Below are positions 40,552 through 49,062 of a stretch of 64,000 nucleotides of DNA, one piece after another. Origin of the DNA: an uncultured Bacteroidales bacterium. GTDB lineage: Bacteria > Bacteroidota > Bacteroidia > Bacteroidales > VadinHA17. The notes beneath the pieces were generated by a model, which was given only the letters and a program-made list of their open reading frames with translations, was not told the DNA's origin and did not search any database. The position numbers and the translations under genes were made by a program. Location: contig CAWBYC010000005.1 in NCBI GenBank assembly GCA_963792925.1, positions 306,946 to 370,945 on the forward strand, read 5' to 3'. Position 1 is the first letter of the stretch. Each line of letters begins with the position of its first letter.

Positions 40552-40651
40552 CCCCCTTTCTTATTCCCGCAAAGCGGGAAACGATGCCCTGGCTCGTCTG
40601 AACCCAGTCAGGGCAGTCTCCTTCCCCTGGGGGAAGGTCGGGAAGGGGGTC
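40552..40651. repeat. Cluster of GC-rich hairpin 'words' immediately 3' of the NhaD-like gene
   Basis: TTCCCGCAAAGCGGGAA, TGCCCTG...CAGGGCA and CCTTCCCCTGGGGGAAGG are flanked by CCCCCTTTC ... GGGAAGGGGG. Confidence 0.6.
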
Positions 40652-40658
40652 AATTTCT

Positions 40659-42074
40659 TTATTTCAGAAGCTGTAGATAACCGATTGTTCCGGGCAGATT
40701 CAGAGCTTCTCCCTTATTCCCCAAAGGACAACCAGGTACAGGACAGTTTATTACTTTATGTTCTTTATTATCAGCGGGCTCCCATCCCATGATCAGGAAT
40801 AAAGCAAAGAAGCCAATTAAGAATGCTACAATAACATGCCATCCGCCTGTGACCCATCTGACAACATCTCTGTCAGCAGGGAATTTATTTGTAATCGCAA
40901 CTCCGGCGGATGAGCCAAACCAGACCATCGAGCCTCCGAAACCGACACTGTATGCCAGCATGCCCCAGTCAAAATGTCCCTGATCGAGACAAAGTTTTGT
41001 GAGGGGGATATTATCGAATACGGCTGAAAGAAATCCCAATGAAAGAGCTGTTATCCATGAAGCACTTGGCAGTTCCTCTACAGGCATCATGGAAGCGCTA
41101 AGGACCAGGCAAAGCAGGAATGTGGTACCCTTTAAGGCACCCTGAACTTCTTTCCAGGGGATGGGACTGAGGAATGCACTTATTATGATTGCAATCCACA
41201 CTCCAAGAGCTGGCATGTCATAAAGAATATTTGATATTATTGCACCGGCAAGAATTAGTCCGACACTAATCAGCTTAATCCCGACAATCCTGGCATTGGG
41301 TTTCGGATCTTTCTGAATCCTGTGAAATTTGTCCTGTTGCTTTGAGGCAAAGTATGCAAAAAACATCAGAGCAAAAATGGACGCTATGAATGCATGAAGG
41401 ACGTTGAAAGCGCTGACTCCGTCTATCCACATCATCGTAGTTGTAGTATCACCGACGACACTTCCTGCACCACCGGCATTACTTGCTGCGACAATTGCAG
41501 CAATATAGCCAATGTGAACTTTCTTTTTGAATACCACAAGGGCAATTGTCCCACCGATAAGCGCAGCTGCAATATTATCGAGAAAGGATGATAATATAAA
41601 TACAAAGATCAACAGCACAAATGGTCCTTTCCAGTCATCGGGAAGAAACCTTGGAAGCATATCGGGTACCCCTGATTCTTCAAAGATTTTTGACAATACT
41701 GCAAATCCAAGTAAAAGCCCGAGCAGGTTTAGAATTATTCCCCATTCGCCCTGTCGTAAACTTTTATCCATCAGCTGTTCGCCAATAGGAGTTGTTCCGA
41801 ACAGATGTCCAAAAAGATGAAACCCCGGGTCAAAAACAAGCTTAAAAGTCAGCAATACAGTCAATCCGATTACTGCAACCCAAAACGTCTGTTTATGAAA
41901 GAGAGCAACACCAACAAGAATTAGTCCGAATATTACAAATTCAAGTCTGATAGGTCCGATGGCGGGAACAGATGTGCCCGCAGCGAAAAGGCATACAGGT
42001 GAAAACAATACAGCTATTAACATCAACATTTTCTTACCGTTACCGGAGAGAAGCGTGCGAAGAAAGTCTTTCAT
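40659..42074 (-). CDS. Ion transporter of the NhaD/ArsB/citrate-transporter (IT) superfamily
   Basis: About 471 aa and polytopic, with 11 or more TM helices. The start was chosen at MKDFLRTLL (42074); the longer ORF start at 42164 adds a non-membrane-like leader. Confidence 0.6.
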   Translation of the reverse strand: MKDFLRTLLSGNGKKMLMLIAVLFSPVCLFAAGTSVPAIGPIRLEFVIFGLILVGVALFHKQTFWVAVIGLTVLLTFKLVFDPGFHLFGHLFGTTPIGEQLMDKSLRQGEWGIILNLLGLLLGFAVLSKIFEESGVPDMLPRFLPDDWKGPFVLLIFVFILSSFLDNIAAALIGGTIALVVFKKKVHIGYIAAIVAASNAGGAGSVVGDTTTTMMWIDGVSAFNVLHAFIASIFALMFFAYFASKQQDKFHRIQKDPKPNARIVGIKLISVGLILAGAIISNILYDMPALGVWIAIIISAFLSPIPWKEVQGALKGTTFLLCLVLSASMMPVEELPSASWITALSLGFLSAVFDNIPLTKLCLDQGHFDWGMLAYSVGFGGSMVWFGSSAGVAITNKFPADRDVVRWVTGGWHVIVAFLIGFFALFLIMGWEPADNKEHKVINCPVPGCPLGNKGEALNLPGTIGYLQLLK

Positions 42075-42279
42075 TTTTAAATTGAATTTTATGAATGTTG
42101 CATCGGAAAAAAGAAGGCGGCAAGATAAAAACAATTTTGAATTTCTTATTATTAACAGGGTCAATAAAACTGCACTAAAGTTTAAATATACTGTTGATAT
42201 GTTTTAAAGCCTCATTTTTTTAAGATTCAATTATTATCTTGTTGCCGAAACATATAATACTTAACTCAATTGAACTAAT

Positions 42280-43380
42280 ATGAAGATCTTATCCAAATTA
42301 CTTATTTTCTCTGTATTGGGAACTGTTCTGACCGGTTGTTATTCGGCGCAAAAAGCAGTCCCTGGAGGTAATCTCAAAATTAAGAACGTAATACTGATGA
42401 TTGGTGATGGGATGGGACTCCCTGATGTCAATTCAGCGATGAGTGTTTCGGATAAGCCTCTTAATATTGAGAGATGCCAGGTAATCGGATTACAGAAAAC
42501 ATATTCGTCCGACAATTACATTACTGATTCCGGAGCAGCAGGAACTGCGCTTGCAACCGGGACAAAGACAAAAAACGGAGCGATCGGAATGGATCCTCAG
42601 GGAAATCGTGTGCGTTCGATCCTTGAAATCGCTGAAGAAAACGGGTTGGCTACGGGTCTTGTTTCCACTTCTTCAATAACACACGCCACGCCGGCATCAT
42701 TTATAGCACACCAGTCGAACAGAGGAAGTTATGAGGATATCGCATCTGATTTTCTGAAAACTGATATTGATGTCTTCATTGGAGGCGGTTATGATCATTT
42801 TGCAAGAAGAAAGGATAATCTGATTCTGACCGACAGTCTTAAACTCAGAGGTTACGAGGTGGATACTACTTTGGAAAAAATTCTTGGATCAACATCCATG
42901 AAGCTTGCAGGGTTTACTGCTCCCGTGCATAATCCTTACAGGTTAAAGGGAAGGGGCGACATGTTGCCTCAGTCTTCAGTTAAGGCGATTGAAATATTGA
43001 ATAAAAACAAGAAAGGATTTTTCCTGATGATCGAAGGATCACAGATTGATTGGGCGGGTCACGCGAATGTGGCAGATACATTAATCGATGAAACGCTCGA
43101 TTTTGATAAGGCGGTAGGAGCAGTACTTGATTTTGCAAAGCGTGACGGTCATACGCTTGTAATTATAACAGCTGATCATGAAACCGGAGGAGTAACAATT
43201 ACAGGTGGCGACAGACAACTGCATAAGGTGAGTTTAAGTTTTTCGACTAAAGATCATACCGCCGTAATGGTGCCTGTATATGCATATGGACCCGGTTCTC
43301 AAAAATTTGCGGGCATTTATGAAAACACCGCGATCTTTCAAAAGATGCTCGAATCTTTCAGTTTCGGGAAGACAAAGTAG
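42280..43380 (+). CDS. Alkaline phosphatase (PhoA family), lipoprotein
   Basis: Lipobox LTGCY, active-site context ITDSGAAGTALATG, and metal ligands (DWAGHAN, ADHETGG). Confidence 0.88.
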   Translation: MKILSKLLIFSVLGTVLTGCYSAQKAVPGGNLKIKNVILMIGDGMGLPDVNSAMSVSDKPLNIERCQVIGLQKTYSSDNYITDSGAAGTALATGTKTKNGAIGMDPQGNRVRSILEIAEENGLATGLVSTSSITHATPASFIAHQSNRGSYEDIASDFLKTDIDVFIGGGYDHFARRKDNLILTDSLKLRGYEVDTTLEKILGSTSMKLAGFTAPVHNPYRLKGRGDMLPQSSVKAIEILNKNKKGFFLMIEGSQIDWAGHANVADTLIDETLDFDKAVGAVLDFAKRDGHTLVIITADHETGGVTITGGDRQLHKVSLSFSTKDHTAVMVPVYAYGPGSQKFAGIYENTAIFQKMLESFSFGKTK

Positions 43381-43473
43381 TGCCCTGCATTCCAGATAAT
43401 AAACGATTAATCCGGTGTTTAAGGCTACAAAAATCTTAAATTGCAAGCGATTACAACTCTAAAATCAATAAAG

Positions 43474-44397
43474 ATGAAAAATATGAAATATATACTATTT
43501 GCGCTGGCACTGGTGGCAGTACTAAACTCCTGCGCACCTGTCTATAAATGTGGTGATACAATACCTGCAAAAGTCCCGGTTATGTGGAGTAAAAACCTGA
43601 AACTTACAGTTAGTGAAAGAGATAAATTGTGCAAGAATCTTGCTGCAAAAGAAAAAGAAAACAGAATGCTTAAAGATACAGTTACAAACCTTTCAGGCAG
43701 ACATAATAACCTAACCGAACAATATAATTCGTTGTATGGGAAAAACACTGTTCTGGAAGGGAAGTACAAAGACCTGATTAACGAGAACCTGTCAAAAACA
43801 GATCAGTTTAATAAGGCGATGCAGGCAAAATCCGACGAGCTTAATGATAAAGAAAAATTGCTTTCAGAAAGAGAGAACGCCCTTGCAGATATGCGGGTAA
43901 GGATTGCGCGGCAGGATTCCATCACAAAAAGGTTAAATACTATTTTGCATGATGCACTGCTCGGCTTTAACCCGGATGAATTGTCAGTTGAAATCAGAAA
44001 CGGAAAAGTTTATGTATCAATGTCAGATAAGTTGCTTTTCAAATCTGGAAGTTCTGCAGTTGAGGATAAAGGGAAAGAGGCTTTAAAGTTGTTGAGCGGA
44101 GTTCTTGAGAAGAACGCCGACATTGATATTCTCGTGGAAGGACATACCGACAACGTGCCCATAAAAACGGCTATATACAAAGATAACTGGGATTTAAGCG
44201 TTGCAAGGGCAACATCTATTGTAAGGATCTTAACTACAGATTATAAAATTGAACCAACCCGGATGACTGCATCAGGCAAGGGTGAATTCTTCCCAAAATC
44301 AGATAATGACACTCCCGAAGGCAGAGCAAAGAACCGGAGAACGGAAATTATCCTTTCTCCAAAGCTTGACGAAATAATGAAACTATTGCAGATCTGA
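43474..44397 (+). CDS. OmpA/MotB-domain lipoprotein with an N-terminal coiled coil
   Basis: Lipobox VLNSC. A roughly 130-aa heptad-rich segment is followed by the C-terminal OmpA-like peptidoglycan-binding domain (VEGHTDNVPI...NWDLSVARA...GRAKNRRTEI). Confidence 0.8.
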   Translation: MKNMKYILFALALVAVLNSCAPVYKCGDTIPAKVPVMWSKNLKLTVSERDKLCKNLAAKEKENRMLKDTVTNLSGRHNNLTEQYNSLYGKNTVLEGKYKDLINENLSKTDQFNKAMQAKSDELNDKEKLLSERENALADMRVRIARQDSITKRLNTILHDALLGFNPDELSVEIRNGKVYVSMSDKLLFKSGSSAVEDKGKEALKLLSGVLEKNADIDILVEGHTDNVPIKTAIYKDNWDLSVARATSIVRILTTDYKIEPTRMTASGKGEFFPKSDNDTPEGRAKNRRTEIILSPKLDEIMKLLQI

Positions 44398-44399
44398 GA

Positions 44400-44804
44400 T
44401 TAAGATCCCGGAGTTTTGTTTGTAGCCATCACCATTTTTACCTTAAGCCGTGAGCCTATCTCGAGAAGATCGGCAAGATCCTGAACGGAAAGGGTATATT
44501 CCATACGCAGAATAATGGTTGGTTCCTGCAATGTCGTTATCTGTGCCTTTAAAAGCGGTTCGATATCATTAAAGCTGACCTGATGGCTGTCGATATAATA
44601 TTTCTTATCCTTTGTAACGGAAATTGAGATCTGTTGCTTGCTTAGATTCTGTGCTGATCTGGAACTGGGCAGCAATAGTTTTATCACATTCGGATTGGCC
44701 AGTGAAGAGACGATCAGGAAAAACAGAAGCAGGAAAAACATAATATCGTTCAGAGACGAAGTACTCACTTCTGCCTTGAAATGTTTTTTTCTTTTAATGA
44801 TCAT
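44400..44804 (-). CDS. exbD: Biopolymer transport protein ExbD/TolR
   Basis: 134 aa with SLNDIMFFLLLFFLIVS (single TM) and a periplasmic domain. Confidence 0.85.
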   Translation of the reverse strand: MIIKRKKHFKAEVSTSSLNDIMFFLLLFFLIVSSLANPNVIKLLLPSSRSAQNLSKQQISISVTKDKKYYIDSHQVSFNDIEPLLKAQITTLQEPTIILRMEYTLSVQDLADLLEIGSRLKVKMVMATNKTPGS

Positions 44805-44805
44805 G

Positions 44806-45468
44806 TTACAGTACTTTTATTACCTCATTAACCTGTCTTTGCATATCAATCGAGTAACGGTCGATCATCATCTGAAGATAATGATAACAGCTATAGGCTA
44901 TTACGCCGACAATCAGTCCTGTGCCGCTGCAGATCATCTTCTGATATAATCCGCCGGCAATAATGCCGATACTTATATTATCGGCAAGGGAGATATTATA
45001 GAAAATTTTTATAACCCCGGCAATAGTTCCAATGAACCCCAGCATTGGTGCTATACCTGCAATGATACCAAGATAACCCGTGTTCTTTTCCATTTCGGAG
45101 ATTTCAAGATTGGCAGTAGCCTCCATATAATTCTCAATTTCCTTTGGTGTCTTGCTCTTCTGGCTCAAACCGCTTTCGAGTATTCTTCCAAGCGAAGTAT
45201 CACTGCTCTGGCTTTGTAACAGCGCTTCCTGCTGCTTTTTATTCCTCATTTCGCCAATAATATTAAATACCAGGTCCTGATCTACAACCGCTGTTTTTCT
45301 GATATAAAGAAACCTTTCAATGAAAAGATATATGCTGAATATTGATAGCAGGAGTATTGGTATCATGATGAATCCGCCTTTCATAAGCAATTCAAAAACA
45401 TTGTTGACGGCATTGGTATCTTTCAGATGAGGCTGATCTATTGCAAGGAGAAGGAAGTTGTACACCAT
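44806..45468 (-). CDS. exbB: MotA/TolQ/ExbB proton-channel protein
   Basis: 220 aa with three TM helices and the conserved GIAPMLGFIGTIAGVI. Confidence 0.85.
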   Translation of the reverse strand: MVYNFLLLAIDQPHLKDTNAVNNVFELLMKGGFIMIPILLLSIFSIYLFIERFLYIRKTAVVDQDLVFNIIGEMRNKKQQEALLQSQSSDTSLGRILESGLSQKSKTPKEIENYMEATANLEISEMEKNTGYLGIIAGIAPMLGFIGTIAGVIKIFYNISLADNISIGIIAGGLYQKMICSGTGLIVGVIAYSCYHYLQMMIDRYSIDMQRQVNEVIKVL

Positions 45469-45654
45469 TTTTTATCTTTTTAAGGACTCAAGTTAATTCG
45501 AACAAAAGTACAAACTCTTTAGGAAAAACAGGTAGTAACGATTAAATTTGGATTTTTAAGGGATGTACTGTTCTTAACTGAAGGTATATTTAGCGGGAGT
45601 GATAATTTTTCACGAAAATCTTCGTTTTTGAATAATAAATAAAACCAGACCGAT

Positions 45655-46362
45655 ATGACTGCTGCATTTTTGCAAATTACTCAGACTTTTGATACCCTGA
45701 ACAAAGCGGGTGCCACATCACTTCCCGTTCAGCATGCTCCCGAAGCTACAAGACTGATTGATATGATTATGAAGGGAGGTATCATAATGATACCGATCGG
45801 GGTGCTTTCAATAATTGCCGTGTATGTATTTATAGAAAGGTATCTGACTATCAGGCGTCATATTTCTTCGGATGTGGATTTTATGAACAGTATTCACGAG
45901 TATATACTTAACGGAAGAACTGACTCAGCGCTCACGTTATGCAGGAATACTGCAAAACCTATTGCAAGGATGATCGAGAAAGGTATATCGCGTTTGGGCA
46001 AACCAATAAAAGAAATTGAAGAATCCATTGAGATAGCAGGTAAATTTGAAGTTTACGATCTTGAAAAGAATATCCAGATTCTGGCTGTTATCGCAGGTAT
46101 AGCACCAATGTTTGGTTTCCTCGGAACTATTATCGGCGTTATAAAAATATTCTTCAATATTTCATTAACAAGCGACGTGAGCATAGGCAGCGTTTCTGCC
46201 GGTCTCTATGTAAAAATGGTTACCAGCGCGGCCGGATTGATTGTGGGTATAATGGCATATATCGGTTATCATTGGCTTAATATAATATTGAACAAGGCCA
46301 TACATCAGCTGGAATGGAATGCGATGAATTTCATTGACCTTCTTAAAAGTCCGTCAAAATGA
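45655..46362 (+). CDS. exbB: MotA/TolQ/ExbB proton-channel protein (paralogue, divergent)
   Basis: 235 aa with GIAPMFGFLGTIIGVI. Transcribed divergently from the other pair. Confidence 0.85.
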   Translation: MTAAFLQITQTFDTLNKAGATSLPVQHAPEATRLIDMIMKGGIIMIPIGVLSIIAVYVFIERYLTIRRHISSDVDFMNSIHEYILNGRTDSALTLCRNTAKPIARMIEKGISRLGKPIKEIEESIEIAGKFEVYDLEKNIQILAVIAGIAPMFGFLGTIIGVIKIFFNISLTSDVSIGSVSAGLYVKMVTSAAGLIVGIMAYIGYHWLNIILNKAIHQLEWNAMNFIDLLKSPSK

Positions 46363-46760
46363 TAGATCTTCGTAAGAAAAAAGATTTTACTGCCGAAGTT
46401 TTTACTTCAGCGATGAACGACATTATGTTCTTTCTTATGTTGTTCTTCATTATTATATCCACACTGCTGAATCCCAGCATGATCAGAGTATCATTGCCAA
46501 ACTCGCGAAGCAGCCAGTCGATACAGAAAAAAGAGATCAATGTTACAATGACAAAAGAGAAACTTTATTATGTCAATAATACTCAGGTCTCTTTCGATGC
46601 TCTTGAATCTCAGCTGAAAAACGAACTTTCGAAATCACCCGACGCCTTTATAATGCTGCGTTTTGACAATACTCTTCCTATTCAGGAATTGGTGGATGTG
46701 CTTTCTTTAGGGAACAGACTTAACTCAAAAATGATCATTGCCACTGCTAAAAGCAAGTAG
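46359..46760 (+). CDS. exbD: Biopolymer transport protein ExbD/TolR (paralogue)
   Basis: 133 aa with AMNDIMFFLMLFFIIIS. Overlaps the upstream exbB by 4 nt. Confidence 0.85.
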   Translation: MIDLRKKKDFTAEVFTSAMNDIMFFLMLFFIIISTLLNPSMIRVSLPNSRSSQSIQKKEINVTMTKEKLYYVNNTQVSFDALESQLKNELSKSPDAFIMLRFDNTLPIQELVDVLSLGNRLNSKMIIATAKSK

Positions 46761-46796
46761 GGTTTTTCCGCAGGTTTTCAAATTAAGCGGGGATCG

Positions 46797-47348
46797 TCAA
46801 ACAATTAGCTTTTCCTTGTTTTCCTGGTAAAGCTTCATGCTCTCGAGAACTATCTCATATGCTCTTTCCTTGCTCAGGAATTGTTCCACAATAACATTCT
46901 TGTGTTCAAGTTTTTTATAATCTTCAAAAAACCTTTTCAATTCAACAAGAGTGTGAGGAGGTAATTCGCCCAGTTCATTCATGTAATTTACTGACATATC
47001 GTTAGCAGCGACGGCTATTATCTTATCATCCCGTTCTGCCCCGTCAATCATTTCCATGGCCCCGATCACTTTTGCCTGAACAATACACATTGGGAACACA
47101 TCTATTGAGCATATCACAAGTATGTCGAGGGGGTCGTGATCGTCACAATATGTTTGTGGAATGAAACCATAATTTGCAGGGTAATGGACCGACGAGAACA
47201 GAACCCTGTCGAGTCGCAGAAGACCTGTTTTTTTTTCGAGCTCATATTTTCCTTTCGAACCTTTTGGAATTTCTATAATGCATTGAACCAAAGAGGGAGC
47301 ATTTATCCCGATATCAACGCAATGCCAGGGATGACTGCAGAATTTCAT
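46797..47348 (-). CDS. ppa: Soluble inorganic pyrophosphatase (family I)
   Basis: HPWHCVDIG..., EIPKGSKGKYELEK, YPANYGFIPQT, DGDPLD-like DHDPLDILV and DDKIIAV motifs. The start was chosen at the internal Met (47348). Confidence 0.88.
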   Translation of the reverse strand: MKFCSHPWHCVDIGINAPSLVQCIIEIPKGSKGKYELEKKTGLLRLDRVLFSSVHYPANYGFIPQTYCDDHDPLDILVICSIDVFPMCIVQAKVIGAMEMIDGAERDDKIIAVAANDMSVNYMNELGELPPHTLVELKRFFEDYKKLEHKNVIVEQFLSKERAYEIVLESMKLYQENKEKLIV

Positions 47349-47509
47349 ATTGTGAAATTTAATAAGAATCAAAGTTACAAATAAAGTTTGTTTCATGGAT
47401 AAAGTCCCCCATTCCTGATTTCTTACTCTTCACCCCGAGGAGATTTCCCATTCTCGCTTTTTTACTCCCAACCCCCTGAAGGGGCTTAATCCCAGTCGCA
47501 GTTCTTGAA

Positions 47510-48030
47510 CCCCCTTTCAGAGGGCCTAATCTTTCGTCACATCTTTTCGATACTCACCCCCAAACCCCATAGCCGTCAACCTAAGAGGTAAGGTGCAGAA
47601 ATACAATGGGTTAAATTTCCCCTCCTTTCTTTCGTCACATCTTTTTTCCTCTCAATACTGCCATTTACAAAAATGAAGCAATGAAGTATTCGTTATAATG
47701 ATCGGGAGATCCCTCAACTCATCCACCACATATCCAGAGCTTTAGAGACAGGATCAGAGGTGGATGAGTTTCGGGATGACAAATATTTTGTCAGTATTGG
47801 GGGAAGGAAGAAGCGGCGATTCGACCGAAATTTTTTAGAATGAAGAAAATGTTGATTCGAATCGCCGCTTCTTCCTTCCCAATTGTTCCCCTTATAAGCC
47901 GAACGAATCCACCTTTCTCATTTACAGATATTTAAACGCTTATGGTGGATGAGTGAGGGATCTCCAAGGTTTGATCAAATTTCCAAAATAATATTGACAG
48001 AAAGATGTGACTAAAGATTAGTTCAGGGGG
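47510..48030. repeat. Four-tier nested palindromic element, copy B (inner unit 47619-48030, plus an extra M1 module at 47510-47548)
   Basis: M1 is at 47510-47548 and 47619-47647 / 48000-48030. M2 is GGGAGATCCCTCAACTCATCCACC at 47704-47727 / 47944-47965. M3 is GGTGGATGAGTTTCGGGATGAC at 47759-47780, with a degenerate partner at 47898-47913. M4 is 47799-47824 / 47857-47880. The M4 stem is identical to copy A, and the outer tiers equal the reverse complement of copy A. Confidence 0.85.
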
Positions 48031-48117
48031 CAGTGGGTAAATGACCGGGAATGAGATACATCCTCTATTTGAGTCTAAAGAGTGTATATTTATATTATTT
48101 TTGAGAAAACAATCCTC

Positions 48118-49062
48118 ATGAAAATACCCGAACTGTCCGATATTGAATCTGCTTATACACGAATTAAACCATATGTTCACAATACTCCTGTTCTGAGCTC
48201 AGTACAGCTGAATGATATTTTCAACTGCGAACTTTACTTCAAATGCGAAAATTTCCAGAAAGTTGGGGCGTTTAAGTTCAGAGGAGCCATGAATGCTGTC
48301 CTTTCATTGAATTCAGATCAAAGGGAGAGAGGTGTTGTAACGCATTCTTCCGGCAATCATGCAGCCGCTCTTGCTCTTGCTTCGAGGATGAACGGCATAA
48401 AAGCCAATATTGTGATGCCGGAAACTGCGCCTGAGGTAAAGAAAAATGCCGTCGCAGGTTATGGAGCGAGTATTACATTCTGTAAACCTACTCTTGAAGC
48501 ACGTGAGAGCACTACAAATGACATAATGCATCAGACAGGGGCTACACTCATCCATCCTTATGATAATTTCAATGTCATTTGCGGCCAGGGAACAGCCGCT
48601 CTGGAACTTCTTCATGAAAGAGGAGATCTTGATGTTGTAATTGCACCGGTTGGCGGCGGTGGACTTATGAGCGGAACTTCAACATATGTAAAGGGATATA
48701 GCGGTAATATTCAGGTTTTAGGTGCCGAGCCTCTTAATGCCAACGACGCTTATATTTCATTTACCACCGGAAATCTTACACCCTCGGAAAATCCGTCAAC
48801 ATGTGCAGACGGACTGCTGACTTCACTAAGTGAACTTACCTTTGCCATTATAAGGAAGAACGTGGATGCCATTTATACGGTAAAGGAAGAATCAATTATC
48901 AGCAGTATGCTGCTGGTGTGGGAGAGAATGAAAATCATTATTGAACCTTCATCAGCCACAGTACTGGCTGTCATTAAGGAGAATCCTGGTTTATTCAGAG
49001 GTAAAAAAATTGGGCTTATTATTTCGGGTGGAAATGTTGATTTCAGAAAACTACCATTTTAA
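48118..49062 (+). CDS. PLP-dependent threonine/serine dehydratase-like enzyme (fold type II; serine racemase / threo-3-hydroxyaspartate ammonia-lyase-like)
   Basis: CENFQKVGAFKFRGA (PLP lysine context), HSSGNHAAALA and the GGGGLMSG phosphate loop. Confidence 0.8.
   Translation: MKIPELSDIESAYTRIKPYVHNTPVLSSVQLNDIFNCELYFKCENFQKVGAFKFRGAMNAVLSLNSDQRERGVVTHSSGNHAAALALASRMNGIKANIVMPETAPEVKKNAVAGYGASITFCKPTLEARESTTNDIMHQTGATLIHPYDNFNVICGQGTAALELLHERGDLDVVIAPVGGGGLMSGTSTYVKGYSGNIQVLGAEPLNANDAYISFTTGNLTPSENPSTCADGLLTSLSELTFAIIRKNVDAIYTVKEESIISSMLLVWERMKIIIEPSSATVLAVIKENPGLFRGKKIGLIISGGNVDFRKLPF

Noticed and set aside
44806-46362. MotA-like proteins as possible Zorya-type defence or flagellar stator components
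   Set aside because: Both are 220-235 aa with the standard 3-TM ExbB/TolQ layout and are paired with 133-134 aa ExbD/TolR proteins. ZorA-like proteins are much larger, and no ZorC/D-like genes are present.
34402-47509. Genomic island or mobile element interpretation of the block between the two palindromic elements
   Set aside because: I saw no integrase, transposase, tRNA attachment site or phage/conjugation genes. The content is ordinary envelope and transport housekeeping. Only the inversion possibility is retained, as a low-weight finding.
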